Positions 9,846 to 19,874 are shown, counted from the whole stretch's first letter. The stretch: 60,405 nt of DNA, filler included, from Candidatus Fermentibacterota bacterium (GCA_016928395.1; 5 parts of 5 records of this genome joined end to end with filler, not necessarily neighbours in it), one strand, 5' to 3'. Translations and numbers: made by a program. Notes: a model not told the origin generated them from the letters alone.

Positions 9846-10592
9846 CTATTGAGCTTTACCCTGGTCCGCTACAGCTTTCGTTGCCTGATCTACATCTTCT
9901 GTATTTCCCAAATAGTAATGTTTGATAGGTCGCAACTCCTTATCCAACTCATATACCAACGGAATTCCGGTAGGAATATTGAGTGCGACAATGTCTTCGT
10001 CTGAAACATTGTCAAGATACTTCACCAGTGCCCGTAGGCTGTTGCCGTGAGCTACGATGATGGCTCTCTTTCCCGCTTTGACGGCAGGTGCAATAGATCC
10101 GTTCCAATAGAGTAAGAAGCGCTCGACTGTGTCTCTAAGACACTCTGTGAGTGGCAAGTCGCGATCATCCAATTCCCGATACCGTGGATCATGGGCCGGA
10201 TATCGTTCGTCCGTTCTCTCCAGGGCCGGGGGCTTGATATCATAGCTTCTGCGCCAAAGGAGTACCTGATCCTCCCCAAAGCGCGTTGCGGTCTCCGCCT
10301 TGTTCAGGCCTTGCAGAGCCCCATAGTGCCGCTCATTCAGCCGCCACGAACGCTCGACAGGAATCCACATTTGGTCAAGTTCATCCAGCACGATCCAAAG
10401 TGTGCGTATGGCGCGCTTCAGCACTGATGTATAGGCAACATCGAATTGGTAGCCTTCAGATCTGAGCGTTTTGCCGGCTTCTCGAGCTTCGATCCTGCCA
10501 TGGTCAGAAAGATCGACATCCGACCAGCCAGAAAAGCGGTTTTCCTTATTCCACAAGCTTTCACCGTGCCGCAATAGGGTCAGTTTCATCAT
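9846..10592 (-). CDS. gpmA: 2,3-bisphosphoglycerate-dependent phosphoglycerate mutase
   Basis: [50 protein letters not shown]. Confidence 0.95.
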   Translation of the reverse strand: MMKLTLLRHGESLWNKENRFSGWSDVDLSDHGRIEAREAGKTLRSEGYQFDVAYTSVLKRAIRTLWIVLDELDQMWIPVERSWRLNERHYGALQGLNKAETATRFGEDQVLLWRRSYDIKPPALERTDERYPAHDPRYRELDDRDLPLTECLRDTVERFLLYWNGSIAPAVKAGKRAIIVAHGNSLRALVKYLDNVSDEDIVALNIPTGIPLVYELDKELRPIKHYYLGNTEDVDQATKAVADQGKAQ

Positions 10593-10618
10593 CCCATCAC
10601 CCTGTGTTCTTCCTTGGC

Positions 10619-10703
10619 AGCGAACGATAAGGATCACGCGCGAGGGATGGCGCAGAGCGAAGCGGCACGCTATTCCTCGTCGCCGTCGATGGCTCTGTTG
10701 GGA
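10619..10703 (-). mobile_element. attC-like recombination site (near intact, 85 bp)
   Basis: Minus strand TCCCAAC-AGAGC-CATCGAC-GGCGACGAGGAATAGCG...CGCCATCCCTCGCGC-GTGATC-CTTATC-GTTCGCT: R'', L'', L' and R' arrangement with extrahelical bases. Confidence 0.72.
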
Positions 10704-11245
10704 TCGATCCATTTCACGACCCCGTTCTTTGTTACACTTCTCTCAACTGTGATCGGCAGATCAGAGCTCTTGATCACCGCCTCATAGATCGCGTTGCCCA
10801 TCTTTGATCCGCTATCTCCAGGGTGGATCGTGATGGAATGGTATTCTGACAACGTGTCCTCGAAAACTTCGTAATATCCAATTTGACCAATCCATCCGCC
10901 AAGACGACAATAAGTCCAGAGTCTGACCTGGGTTCCGATCTTCTCAAGGGAAACAGCCATGGTATGGGCGAAGAATTCCCCATACTTGCGATACTTTCCT
11001 GTGGCATTGCCAAGGTATAGAGTAAATTGGCCGCCGGCGTTGCCAAATGATCTCATGTCACAGGACAAGGCCATGTCTTGAATACCGTCCGAATTGAAAT
11101 CGGCAAGCATTCTGAAACGTTCACCGCTGTGGATATCGTCCTTCGCAACGGCTCTGATCGATGGATCGTCACTCCATTCAAATCCCGTGGCGATCACCGC
11201 CGCCAACCCAATGATTGTTGTGGCAAAACCTCTCTTCATTCTCAT
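10670..11245 (-). CDS. Secreted or membrane-anchored hypothetical protein (gene-cassette ORF)
   Basis: N-terminal hydrophobic stretch; one [10 protein letters not shown] Ca-binding-like motif; stop lies inside the attC; the frame is open upstream to ATG 11323. Confidence 0.65.
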   Translation of the reverse strand: MRMKRGFATTIIGLAAVIATGFEWSDDPSIRAVAKDDIHSGERFRMLADFNSDGIQDMALSCDMRSFGNAGGQFTLYLGNATGKYRKYGEFFAHTMAVSLEKIGTQVRLWTYCRLGGWIGQIGYYEVFEDTLSEYHSITIHPGDSGSKMGNAIYEAVIKSSDLPITVERSVTKNGVVKWIDPNRAIDGDEE

Positions 11246-11375
11246 GATCCCAACGGGGCCGCGGGTGAGCCGCATAACACGTATACAGCACTGTAACCTG
11301 GTTGAGGTTTTCCTTTGTAGCATCTATCATTCACCTCCTCCTTGACAAACCGGAGCCGCGTCTTGTGCAGATCCG

Positions 11376-11462
11376 AATAACACTCACGTTCAGCCTCACA
11401 GCGCATCCATCGGGCTCGCCAAGAGAAGGAGTGGTCAGTCTTCAGTTGTCGGTAGTCAGGTG
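11376..11462 (-). mobile_element. Highly degenerate attC-like site
   Basis: Minus strand ACCTGAC...AACTGAAGACTGAC...GGCTGAACGTGAGT-GTTATTC resembles attC ends. Confidence 0.3.
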
Positions 11463-11510
11463 AGCGCGGGGGAAGCGGAGACGCGAACCCGTGGAAGACC
11501 CCCCGCGGTG

Positions 11511-11925
11511 CGACGGAACTGGCAGCGGAAAGAAGTGGTATGGGACGAGAAGCATGAGCGCGAGATTCGATCGGTTCCATCACAGCCCCATTGTGAAGGT
11601 CGCTCTTGTAGAGGGATAGGCCGAAGGAAGAGCCGCGGCTCGAACCTGTCAAGGCGCCCAGTCCTCGCTCTATTCGGGGAGTGCTGTCCGACAAGGGTGC
11701 CAGCGTGCTTCGCCAGGCCATGAATCGTTATGTGGATGGCCCTTTCGCTCAGCAACTTGACACTTTGTCTACGTCCCTAGACCCGACCAGACACGCCCGT
11801 CTCACGACGGAACCGGTAGTGGAGAGACGGCGAATGGTGTGAAAAGCGTGCTCGCGAGATCCGATTGGCTCCATGACGGCCCCTGGTGATGGTCTCTCTC
11901 GGAAGGGGATGCAGCCAAGGAAGCC
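11511..11925. repeat. Diverged direct repeat of about 125 bp (11511-11636 and 11805-11925)
   Basis: cgacggaac.gg.ag.gga.aga...gcgagat.cgat.gg.tccat.ac.gcccc..gtga.ggtc.ctct...gggat...aaggaag shared between copies. Confidence 0.75.
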
Positions 11926-11985
11926 GGTGCCTCGTGCACGGTCAGGCACGCGCGGCCGTGCGACGACGGCGTGGTGCGTGGGGAA

Positions 11986-12936
11986 TCAGACTCCCCTCAG
12001 AAGCACGTAGTTGTGGAACCCGCCGATCTGGCGACCACGAAGAATGCGGCGCTCCAGGAAGGTCAGGAATCGGTACTTGGCCCGCTCATGCTTATGAGGC
12101 ACGCGCCGAGGATCCGGCGATCCCGAGTACTGCAGCCTGTCCCGCCAGTCCATACGACCGATCATGCCCGCCATGACCTTCGGGTGGGCGCCGGTGAACA
12201 CCGCAAGGCGATCCAGTGGGCCGTAGTCAAAGGGCCGTTCCTCTTCCGCGGGGACGCGATCCCGCCAGGCCACGCCACGGTGCAGCGTGGTGAGGGCGCG
12301 GCTCTTGCTCGTCATGAGGTGCGGCGGCCGTACCCATCCGTAGTGATAGATCTCCGCGTCCACCGCCGCCACCTTGAGCTTGTGATGCCCTTTGGGCTGG
12401 CGAGGCCCCTGGTAGAAGTCGAAACGCCGAAAGGACTGGGCGCTCTGCCATGAGTGAATGTCGGGCCGGTTGCGGATGATCCTGATCTCGTGGGGATACC
12501 AGCCATGACTCACGTGGTAGTGCTCGTAGTCACCCCAAAAGTGCGTGTAGCGGAACAGGAGGCCCTCAACTTCATGCCGACCCAGCAACTCCTGACATCG
12601 TTGTTGGATGACCGGCAGATATGTCTCGTGTACGACCTCGTCGGCCTGGAGGTAAAGGAGCCAGTCTCCCGAGCAGGCGTCTTTGGCGATATCGGTCTGC
12701 ACCGAGTTGATGATGCCCTTTTCGAAGAGCTTCTCGTCCCACACGGTATCGATGATGCGAACCTTGTCGCTTTCGATGGCGGCAATGGCGTCCCTGGTGG
12801 TATCCTCAGGATCGCCCCTGCCGACTGCTACCACGAACTCGTCGACAATCGGAAGCACCGAGAGAATCGATTCAACGACCGGATAGTAGAGCTTGAGCCC
12901 GTTTCTTACGAAGGAGAATCCACTTATCTTCATCAT
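11986..12936 (-). CDS. Glycosyltransferase family 2
   Basis: MKISGFSFVRNG...YPVVESILS, WLLYLQADEVVHE, IYHYGWVRPP. Confidence 0.85.
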   Translation of the reverse strand: MMKISGFSFVRNGLKLYYPVVESILSVLPIVDEFVVAVGRGDPEDTTRDAIAAIESDKVRIIDTVWDEKLFEKGIINSVQTDIAKDACSGDWLLYLQADEVVHETYLPVIQQRCQELLGRHEVEGLLFRYTHFWGDYEHYHVSHGWYPHEIRIIRNRPDIHSWQSAQSFRRFDFYQGPRQPKGHHKLKVAAVDAEIYHYGWVRPPHLMTSKSRALTTLHRGVAWRDRVPAEEERPFDYGPLDRLAVFTGAHPKVMAGMIGRMDWRDRLQYSGSPDPRRVPHKHERAKYRFLTFLERRILRGRQIGGFHNYVLLRGV

Positions 12937-13072
12937 GGTCATTCTCTTGGTCAGTATCCACGGAGTCCTATGCGGTCGGACAGGATTCTCCAACTAACCG
13001 GGCTTGGGCGCCCCGCGTCAAGAGCAGCCTGACGGCACGTTTCGTCTTTCCCGGGGAAACGGAGATCAGTGC

Positions 13073-13924
13073 ATGCAGCATGTGAGTGTAGTGATTCCAG
13101 TGTACAACCGATGCGATCTCCTGAGGAGAACCCTGCTCTCGCTGGCAAGCCAGAGCCTGGCGCCCTGCGAAATCATCGTCTCGGATGACGGGTCCGATGA
13201 AGATATCTGGGCTACCTTAATGGGGTGCGTTCCCCTGCTGAACTGCTCACTCGCCTATGTGCGACAGCCTCGGAAGGGCTTCAGGGCCGCACGGACTAGA
13301 AACAACGGGATTCACTATGCGAGCCATGACATCCTGGTGTTCGTCGACCAAGATATCGTGACGACCCGGGGCTACCTCGCAAGGCTGGCGCAGGGCACCG
13401 GACCAGGCACCTTCGCGGTGGGGTATCCGATACGGCTGACCCAGCGGCAGACGGCATGCGTCACCGATGCGATGATCAGACAAGGTCGATTCGGGGGAGT
13501 CGTGACGGCCCAGCAGCGTGGAAAGGTGACGCGCCAGTTCGTGAAGGACTTCTTCTATCACCACGCACGAAGGCATGGACTCATGCGCGCAGCGAGACCG
13601 AAACTCCGCAGCGGCGTGTTTGGGGCCTGGCGAGAGGACATTCTCCGCGTGGACGGTTTCGACGAGAACTTCGAAGGGTGGGGCAACGAGGACGACGACC
13701 TTGGTCGGAGGCTGTACGCCTCTGGAGTACGGGGCAGGAACGTGTGCTTCCGCGAATTTCCTCTTCATCTCTACCACGTGCCGCACCACAATGGTGGGTT
13801 CCGGGCGAATCAGGCCTTTGCTCAGGAGCGAATCCCCCGCATCCTCTCTGGAGAGGTACGCGCGTCCAGGGGCTTGAGCAGTACCACTCCCGAAGAGCGT
13901 CCCAACGCAACGTGGCTGCGCTAA
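13073..13924 (+). CDS. Glycosyltransferase family 2 (galactosyltransferase-like C-terminus)
   Basis: SVVIPVYNR, SDDGSDE, FVDQD, GFDENFEGWGNEDDDL. Confidence 0.9.
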   Translation: MQHVSVVIPVYNRCDLLRRTLLSLASQSLAPCEIIVSDDGSDEDIWATLMGCVPLLNCSLAYVRQPRKGFRAARTRNNGIHYASHDILVFVDQDIVTTRGYLARLAQGTGPGTFAVGYPIRLTQRQTACVTDAMIRQGRFGGVVTAQQRGKVTRQFVKDFFYHHARRHGLMRAARPKLRSGVFGAWREDILRVDGFDENFEGWGNEDDDLGRRLYASGVRGRNVCFREFPLHLYHVPHHNGGFRANQAFAQERIPRILSGEVRASRGLSSTTPEERPNATWLR

Positions 13925-14260
13925 GGCGTCTGCCTCGCGCAGGAATGGAAGTAACTGCGACGTGGGGCGTGTCTAGTCAATCAGCTCAAACCCTACGGGG
14001 CCGCATATGTCAGCGCAGGCCGGGCGTTCGGAAACGCCCCGAGTTGCCGCCGTGGGAGATACACCAGACGGTCACGGCGCCGAACGAGGCTCCCCCGCAC
14101 CGCAGAGACAATCCGCCCTGCACAGCGTATGACCGTACACTGCGCTGCCCTCACGCCGGCAAGAGCGCGCCGCGCCATAATCCTTCATTGACAGGGGCCA
14201 GCCTAAAGACGAGGTTCACGTGGTGTCGTCAGAGGGGAACTCTGCGAGGGAAAGCGGTTA

Positions 14261-15484
14261 GTGACTATGGGAGTTCCTCGACAAGGCGCGCCCATTGCAG
14301 CAGGGCGCATGCCTGGGCCACCTGGTGGCTACCATGAACAAGGAGCATACGTGACCGGCCTTAGCCTGCTCTTCATCAACTCCGCCAAGCGAGCCTCCGG
14401 GGGAGAATACTGGATGGCGCAGGTGGGGGGGGAGTTCGTACGAAGAGGCCACCGGGTAACCTTGGTCTGCCGCCCGTTCCGTCCGTGGGCGGAGCACGCG
14501 CGGGATTTGGGCGTGACAGTCTATGAGCATGGGCTCCGCGGCGACATCAATATGAACGCGGTGGTGCGCCTTGGATTGATCATGCTGCGGCAACGAGTAG
14601 AACTGGTCTGCACGGTATTCGAACGGGAAGCTCGTTTGGCGGGAATGGCGAAGCGCTTCTTCCCATCCGTTTCCTTGGTTCAGCGCAAAGTCGTTCCCCG
14701 GATCAAGAACCGCCTCCAGTACCGGGCAAGTTATCGCTACCTCGTCGACAAGATCCTCGCGTCCAGCCACAGCATAGAATCGCAGCTCACGCGGTACCCG
14801 TGGCTGTCGCCCGGCATGGTCGAGGTCGTTCCCAACGGCATCGACCTGACGCCGTTCACTTCCTTCAACCCGTCACGTCATGTGGCGAAACGGCTTGGGA
14901 TCCCGCGCGGGAGGGTAATCGTTGGGTCGGTTGCCGACCTTGTGCCCTCCAAGGGGCACGAGATGCTCCTCGATTCCCTGCCCAAGCTCCTTCTGCTGGC
15001 ACCGCAAGTTCATCTGCTGCTAGTCGGAGAGGGACTGATGCGGAGACGTCTTGAGCGGAAGAGCGAGGAGATGGGCCTTGCGGATCGCGTTACCTTCGCG
15101 GGATTCCGGCGGGACATTCCCGATGTTCTGCGCAACGTCGATGTATTTCTACTCCCCTCACGCTCGGAAGGGGCTTCACTGGCAGTACTGGAAGCCATGG
15201 CGGCGGCCCGCCCTGTGGTAGTCAGCGATGTGGGCGGAAACTCGGAACTGGTGATCCACGGCATCAATGGATTCCTCTTTCCCTTGGATGATCCGCTCAT
15301 GATGATCCAGCACGTGGCCCTTCTTGCGGCCAACCCTCGCCTGCGCAAGAGGATGGGGACTGAGGGCAGACGATGGGCCGAGCGCGAGTTCACCCTAGAC
15401 AAGATGATCGACAAGGTCGAGACCATCTTCCTCTCAACTGTCGAAGGCAAGCGAAAGGGAAGAGGTCTGCGGCATCCACAATGA
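14261..15484 (+). CDS. Glycosyltransferase family 4 (true start probably near 14351)
   Basis: GGE motif, VPNGID, KGHEML, PSRSEG.SLAVLEAMAA.RPVVVSDVGG. Confidence 0.9.
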   Translation: MTMGVPRQGAPIAAGRMPGPPGGYHEQGAYVTGLSLLFINSAKRASGGEYWMAQVGGEFVRRGHRVTLVCRPFRPWAEHARDLGVTVYEHGLRGDINMNAVVRLGLIMLRQRVELVCTVFEREARLAGMAKRFFPSVSLVQRKVVPRIKNRLQYRASYRYLVDKILASSHSIESQLTRYPWLSPGMVEVVPNGIDLTPFTSFNPSRHVAKRLGIPRGRVIVGSVADLVPSKGHEMLLDSLPKLLLLAPQVHLLLVGEGLMRRRLERKSEEMGLADRVTFAGFRRDIPDVLRNVDVFLLPSRSEGASLAVLEAMAAARPVVVSDVGGNSELVIHGINGFLFPLDDPLMMIQHVALLAANPRLRKRMGTEGRRWAEREFTLDKMIDKVETIFLSTVEGKRKGRGLRHPQ

Positions 15485-15802
15485 GCGGCCTTGTCCTCGC
15501 ATGCGTGTGCGACGATGGCCGTGAACCTACACGCGCAAGGACGGCTTGATCCCAGTCGCGTGGGGGGGTAAGTTGTGGTTGCATCAATGATGAGATGAAG
15601 GATAGCCCCAAGAAACGGGGGAAGCCTTGGCAACGGTCTTCTTCACTTCTCCCTCCGTGATCCGGGCGCCTCAACGGCGTGGGGATCAACTCGCTCAAAG
15701 CGCCTTGTCGCCGGGTCGCACGACAGGGGCGGTGTCGGTCAGGGCCCGCTCTGGCGTGCGCGCCATCGAGGGAGGGGGTCTATCAGGCCGGGTGAATTCT
15801 CG

Positions 15803-16480
15803 ATGCTCTCTCCTACGGAACATCCTTCGGTTTCGCGAGTCGCACGTCGCCATGCAAGGAGCGGGGGTATGACCACATCGTCTACCATGGGACCCACGTT
15901 GGGCGTAAACCTACACAAAGCAGTTGTTGCACGAGATCTCCGGCTCGTCGAGACGCTCCTGGCCAAGGGTGCGGACGTTCGCGCCCAGGATGCACTCGGA
16001 CGCACCCCGCTTCACTGGGCAGCCGGATGGAGTTCCCGCGAACTCGTGCATGTGCTCCTCAAAGCGGGCGGGGCCTTGGCAATCGCTACGGGCGACAAGG
16101 AGGGACAGACTCCGCTTCACCTGGCCGCCCTCCAGGGCCATCCCGACGTCGTCGAGCTTCTGATCGATGCGGGGGCGAACCGAGACATCAGAGACGGTAA
16201 CGACATGACGCCCCTCGACCTGGCGATCATCCTTGACCGGCGAGACGTTCTCGAGCGGCTGCTGTCCAGGGGGGTAGACGTGAATTCGAGAAGCAAGGAC
16301 GGATGGACGGCCCTGCACACGGCCGCGCTCTATGGGAAGCGGGTTGTCGCGGGGGTCCTCATCCTTAAGGGCGCGGATGTGAATGCCCGCGACGCCGACG
16401 GCGACGCGCCTCTGGATATCGCGCTGGCGGAGAATCATCGGGAAATCGTCGATCTACTGCAGAGCAGTGGCGCCCGGTAA
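15803..16480 (+). CDS. Ankyrin-repeat protein (start possibly 15869)
   Basis: Repeated GRTPLHWAA, GQTPLHLAA, MTPLDLA, GWTALHTAA and GDAPLDIA units. Confidence 0.92.
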   Translation: MLSPTEHPSVSRVARRHARSGGMTTSSTMGPTLGVNLHKAVVARDLRLVETLLAKGADVRAQDALGRTPLHWAAGWSSRELVHVLLKAGGALAIATGDKEGQTPLHLAALQGHPDVVELLIDAGANRDIRDGNDMTPLDLAIILDRRDVLERLLSRGVDVNSRSKDGWTALHTAALYGKRVVAGVLILKGADVNARDADGDAPLDIALAENHREIVDLLQSSGAR

Positions 16481-16625
16481 GTCGCATTCGCGCGAAAGGG
16501 GTCGCCCTTGACTCTTCTCGCCCCGGTCATGACCCCGTTGCATCGTGTGCTGGAAAAAGGTCTTCAAGCCCGACACATCCCGTTCATTTCGCGGCGAGTA
16601 TCCCTCACGCGCCGGATGTCGAGGA

Positions 16626-17816
16626 TCACAAGAGAGCGGATCCTCGGGAAAGACTCTCCTCTCCAAAACGATCCCAGATCCTGTCCATAGCGCTCACCAG
16701 CCTTTTTCTCACCACAGTATCCGGGAAGAGCTGATCCTCCAGCGTCACCTCAACATCACGCCGCAACCCAGCCGCAGTCACGCCCACCAACCGTACGCGT
16801 CTATCCCTTTGTATCATACCCTTGAGCAAGCGGGTGGCGATAAACCTGAGGGTTGATGGATCATGGAGATCCTCGCGCGCGGATGTTTGTCGCGTATGAG
16901 TCTCGAAACTCGACCATCGAAGGCGGGTTTGAACCCGTGAGGCCTGAAGCCTGTCTTGACGAAGGCGCCTGCTGACCCTGTCGCACAGCACGGTTACCAC
17001 CGCCCAGAATTCGGGGCCGATCCTCACATCGTGCCCGAAGGTATACTCGTGCCCCAGTGATCGTTCCTTGATCGGCCCTTGCTCACCGTCCAAAGCTCCC
17101 TTCAAGTCATCTAAAAGGCGCGCCATTCGATCTCCGCAGATACGACGAAGCCGCACAGGATCATTTCTGAGAAGATCACCGATGGTTACGATGCCATGCT
17201 GTTCAAGAAGGCACGATGTCTTCTTCCCGATACCCCAGAGTGATGAGGCCTTGAGCGGCAGGATGGCACCCGGCATCATGAGAGGATGAAGCACAGTGAA
17301 CCCGCCGGGTTTGTCCATGGATGACCCTAGTTTGGCCAACAGCCTATTGGGAGCGATGCCAATTGAGCAACTCAAGCCATGGGTGGAGGTAATGGCTTCA
17401 GACAATGTGCGACCATGTTCGACGACCGCAGCCCACGTCTGATGAAACCACATAGTGCATTCATCAACGCTCACAACCTCAAGGCGGGGGGCGAACCGCT
17501 GGCATGTAGCGAAAACCTCCAAGGACGCCTGGACATACTTCGACCAGTTCCCCGTCAAAAATACTCCATGCGGACACAGCCTACGGGCCTCCTTCATACT
17601 CATTGCCGAATGCACGCCGAACCTTCTTGCTTCATACGACGCCGCGGATACGATCCCACGCCCTTCCCGCTCTCCGCCGACAATCACCGGCCTTCCCTTG
17701 AGGCATGGCATGTCTCGCTGCTCGACTGAAGCAAAGAACGCATCCATGTCGAGATGAACGACAACCCTTGCTCGCTTCGCGGACAGGTCATCGTGCATCT
17801 CCACCCTCCCATCCAA
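16626..17816 (-). CDS. dinB: DNA polymerase IV (Y family)
   Basis: HLDMDAFFASVE, AASYEARRFGV, SVDE catalytic motif, KPGG, WGIG HhH, VRLVGV little finger. Confidence 0.92.
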   Translation of the reverse strand: MDGRVEMHDDLSAKRARVVVHLDMDAFFASVEQRDMPCLKGRPVIVGGEREGRGIVSAASYEARRFGVHSAMSMKEARRLCPHGVFLTGNWSKYVQASLEVFATCQRFAPRLEVVSVDECTMWFHQTWAAVVEHGRTLSEAITSTHGLSCSIGIAPNRLLAKLGSSMDKPGGFTVLHPLMMPGAILPLKASSLWGIGKKTSCLLEQHGIVTIGDLLRNDPVRLRRICGDRMARLLDDLKGALDGEQGPIKERSLGHEYTFGHDVRIGPEFWAVVTVLCDRVSRRLRQDRLQASRVQTRLRWSSFETHTRQTSAREDLHDPSTLRFIATRLLKGMIQRDRRVRLVGVTAAGLRRDVEVTLEDQLFPDTVVRKRLVSAMDRIWDRFGEESLSRGSALL

Positions 17817-17885
17817 TCATCCGGCAGGCCATGTTCCGCGTTTCGAGTTTCCCATTCGGCGGACAGACTGCCGATTCATCACGTC

Positions 17886-18140
17886 TCATCCTTCCAGAAA
17901 TACTTTCTCGACCCGCCACTGAAAGGTTCTGCTGTGAAACGACAGCTCATAGTAATCTATGCCATTGTCGGATACCGAATAGAAATGCTCCTGATCCGCT
18001 CCCGAACGGCTCATCCAATGCGATGCCAGATGCCGTACGGGCAATGTTCGCCCACGCCACTGAAAACGCAGGGGCTTCAAACATCCGTCTCGGAATAGCC
18101 CGATCACGTTGACCGGCTCCTCCAGGGTCTCGATCCGCAT
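17886..18140 (-). CDS. Small conserved-looking hypothetical protein upstream of dinB (DUF6504-like)
   Basis: EPVNVIG...KPLRFQWRGR...W...YYEL.F...W pattern; AGGAGGTG RBS before ATG 18140. Confidence 0.7.
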   Translation of the reverse strand: MRIETLEEPVNVIGLFRDGCLKPLRFQWRGRTLPVRHLASHWMSRSGADQEHFYSVSDNGIDYYELSFHSRTFQWRVEKVFLEG

Positions 18141-18159
18141 GGTCACCTCCTTTCACCTG

Positions 18160-18188
18160 GTATTAATGTACAAATGTACAGTAGTCAA
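18160..18188 (-). promoter_or_regulatory. Promoter containing palindromic operator TGTAC-AAAT-GTACA (candidate LexA/SOS box, 18167-18180)
   Basis: Minus strand TTGACT-ACTGTACATTTGTACA-TTAATAC directly upstream of the small ORF-dinB pair. Confidence 0.6.
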
Positions 18189-18339
18189 GGAGAGAAGTGA
18201 CCAATGACCTCGGGCCTCTCCGGCTCGCGTGACACGATCCAGGGAGAACGGGGTCGACACCTTCATCTCACCTTGAGGGAAGCCCTTCCAGATCCGGCAG
18301 GTCACGATCATGAGGGTGCGGTCCGCCCGCTCCCTCCCT

Positions 18340-18392
18340 CCTTCACCCCTTCACCCCTTTACCTCCTCACCCCTTCACCTCTTCACCCCCCC
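18340..18392. repeat. Octamer tandem repeat (TTCACCCC)n
   Basis: ttcacccc ttcacccc tttacctc ctcacccc ttcacctc ttcacccc; a similar run at 57592-57615. Confidence 0.75.
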
Positions 18393-18660
18393 TGTGTCAT
18401 CGCGGCAGCCCAGGTGCTTGTTCTGAACGGGTCCCAGGGCTAAGTTGAACCGATCGGTTCACCCCTCCCGAACCTCGGTGCCGATTCCACGGACCACTCT
18501 GATTTCTTGCCAATGAGGGGCCCTTCGAAAGTCAGGCATGCACCCGCCGCGGAAGGCCGGGAGATTCCTGCTGGAACACCCGGCTGTGAAACGATCCTGC
18601 GGTGCCAAGTGCCCGCCGAAGGCTCAGCGGCGTGCATCCCTGCATATAGAGGAGATTGTG

Positions 18661-19863
18661 ATGACCTCAAGAGATGCCATGGCCATCGAAGAAGCGTATG
18701 GCGCCCACAACTATCACCCCATTCCCGTGGTGCTGACCAGAGGCGAGGGTGTATGGGTGTGGGATGTGGAGGACATGCGGTATCTGGATATGCTCAGCGC
18801 ATATTCCGCTCATAATCTTGGCCACGCCCATCCAGGAGTCCTGGCCGTTGCCCATCGTCAATTGGAACGGCTCACGCTCACCTCCCGGGCTTTCCACAAT
18901 GACCTTCTGGGGATTTTCTGCCGCCGGCTGGCGGAGTTCTGCGGGTTGGAGATGGTTCTACCCATGAACACCGGCGCTGAAGCAGTGGAAACCGCCATCA
19001 AGACCGCACGAAAATGGGGATATCAGGTCAAAGGCGTCGAGCAGGAGAAGGCGGAGATCATCGTCTGTTGTGAGAATTTCCACGGCCGTACCACGACCAT
19101 CATCAGCTTCTCCACGGACCCGGTAGCCCGCAATGACTACGGCCCCTACACGCCGGGCTTCACCATCATCCCCTTCGGCAACGCGGCAGCCCTCGAAGAG
19201 GCGATCACGCCCAATACCGTCGCCTTCCTTGTGGAACCGATTCAGGGTGAGGCCGGAGTCAAGGTGCCGCCCGACGGGTATCTGAGTGCGGCCCGTCAGA
19301 TTTGCACCCGCCACAATGTCCTGCTGGTTCTCGACGAGGTGCAGACCGGATTCTGCAGAACAGGTAAACGCTTCTGTCACCACTACGAGGATGCGACGCC
19401 CGACATTTTGGTCTTGGGCAAGGCTCTCGGTGGCGGTGTGATGCCGGTCTCAGCCGTGGTATCACGGCGCGACATCTTGAGCGTCTTCAAGCCCGGGGAG
19501 CACGGTTCAACCTTTGGCGGAAACCCCCTGGCATGCGCCATTGCCATGGCCGCCCTCGATGCCCTCGAGGATCCAGCGCTGCTGGCCAATGCCGCGCGCC
19601 AGGGCGAGCGATTCCGCTCCACCCTTCGGAGCATCGACAATCCCGTCGTACGCGAAGTGCGGGGCAGGGGGCTTCTCAACGCCATCGAGCTCGACGCCCA
19701 CAAGGCATCCGGCAGGAAGGTGAGCGAGGCCCTGCAGGCCCGGGGAGTGTTGGCCAAGGAGACCCATCAGAACATCATTCGTTTCGCGCCACCCTTGATC
19801 ATCGATGACGACGAGATGAGCTGGGCATTGGAGCGGATCATCGCAGTGATTCGATCGCTATAG
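18661..19863 (+). CDS. rocD: Ornithine--oxo-acid transaminase
   Basis: [66 protein letters not shown]. Confidence 0.93.
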   Translation: MTSRDAMAIEEAYGAHNYHPIPVVLTRGEGVWVWDVEDMRYLDMLSAYSAHNLGHAHPGVLAVAHRQLERLTLTSRAFHNDLLGIFCRRLAEFCGLEMVLPMNTGAEAVETAIKTARKWGYQVKGVEQEKAEIIVCCENFHGRTTTIISFSTDPVARNDYGPYTPGFTIIPFGNAAALEEAITPNTVAFLVEPIQGEAGVKVPPDGYLSAARQICTRHNVLLVLDEVQTGFCRTGKRFCHHYEDATPDILVLGKALGGGVMPVSAVVSRRDILSVFKPGEHGSTFGGNPLACAIAMAALDALEDPALLANAARQGERFRSTLRSIDNPVVREVRGRGLLNAIELDAHKASGRKVSEALQARGVLAKETHQNIIRFAPPLIIDDDEMSWALERIIAVIRSL

Positions 19864-19874
19864 AGGCACGGTTC

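Noticed and set aside
11178-11330. 50-aa minus-strand ORF (MIDATKENLN...) close to a strong RBS
   Set aside because: RBS spacing is very short, the ORF overlaps the cassette gene out of frame, and it has no recognisable motif.
18661-19863. rocD as a RiPP tailoring enzyme
   Set aside because: It looks like an ordinary ornithine aminotransferase; the 11-bp gap to the rSAM gene suggests co-transcription but gives no functional evidence.
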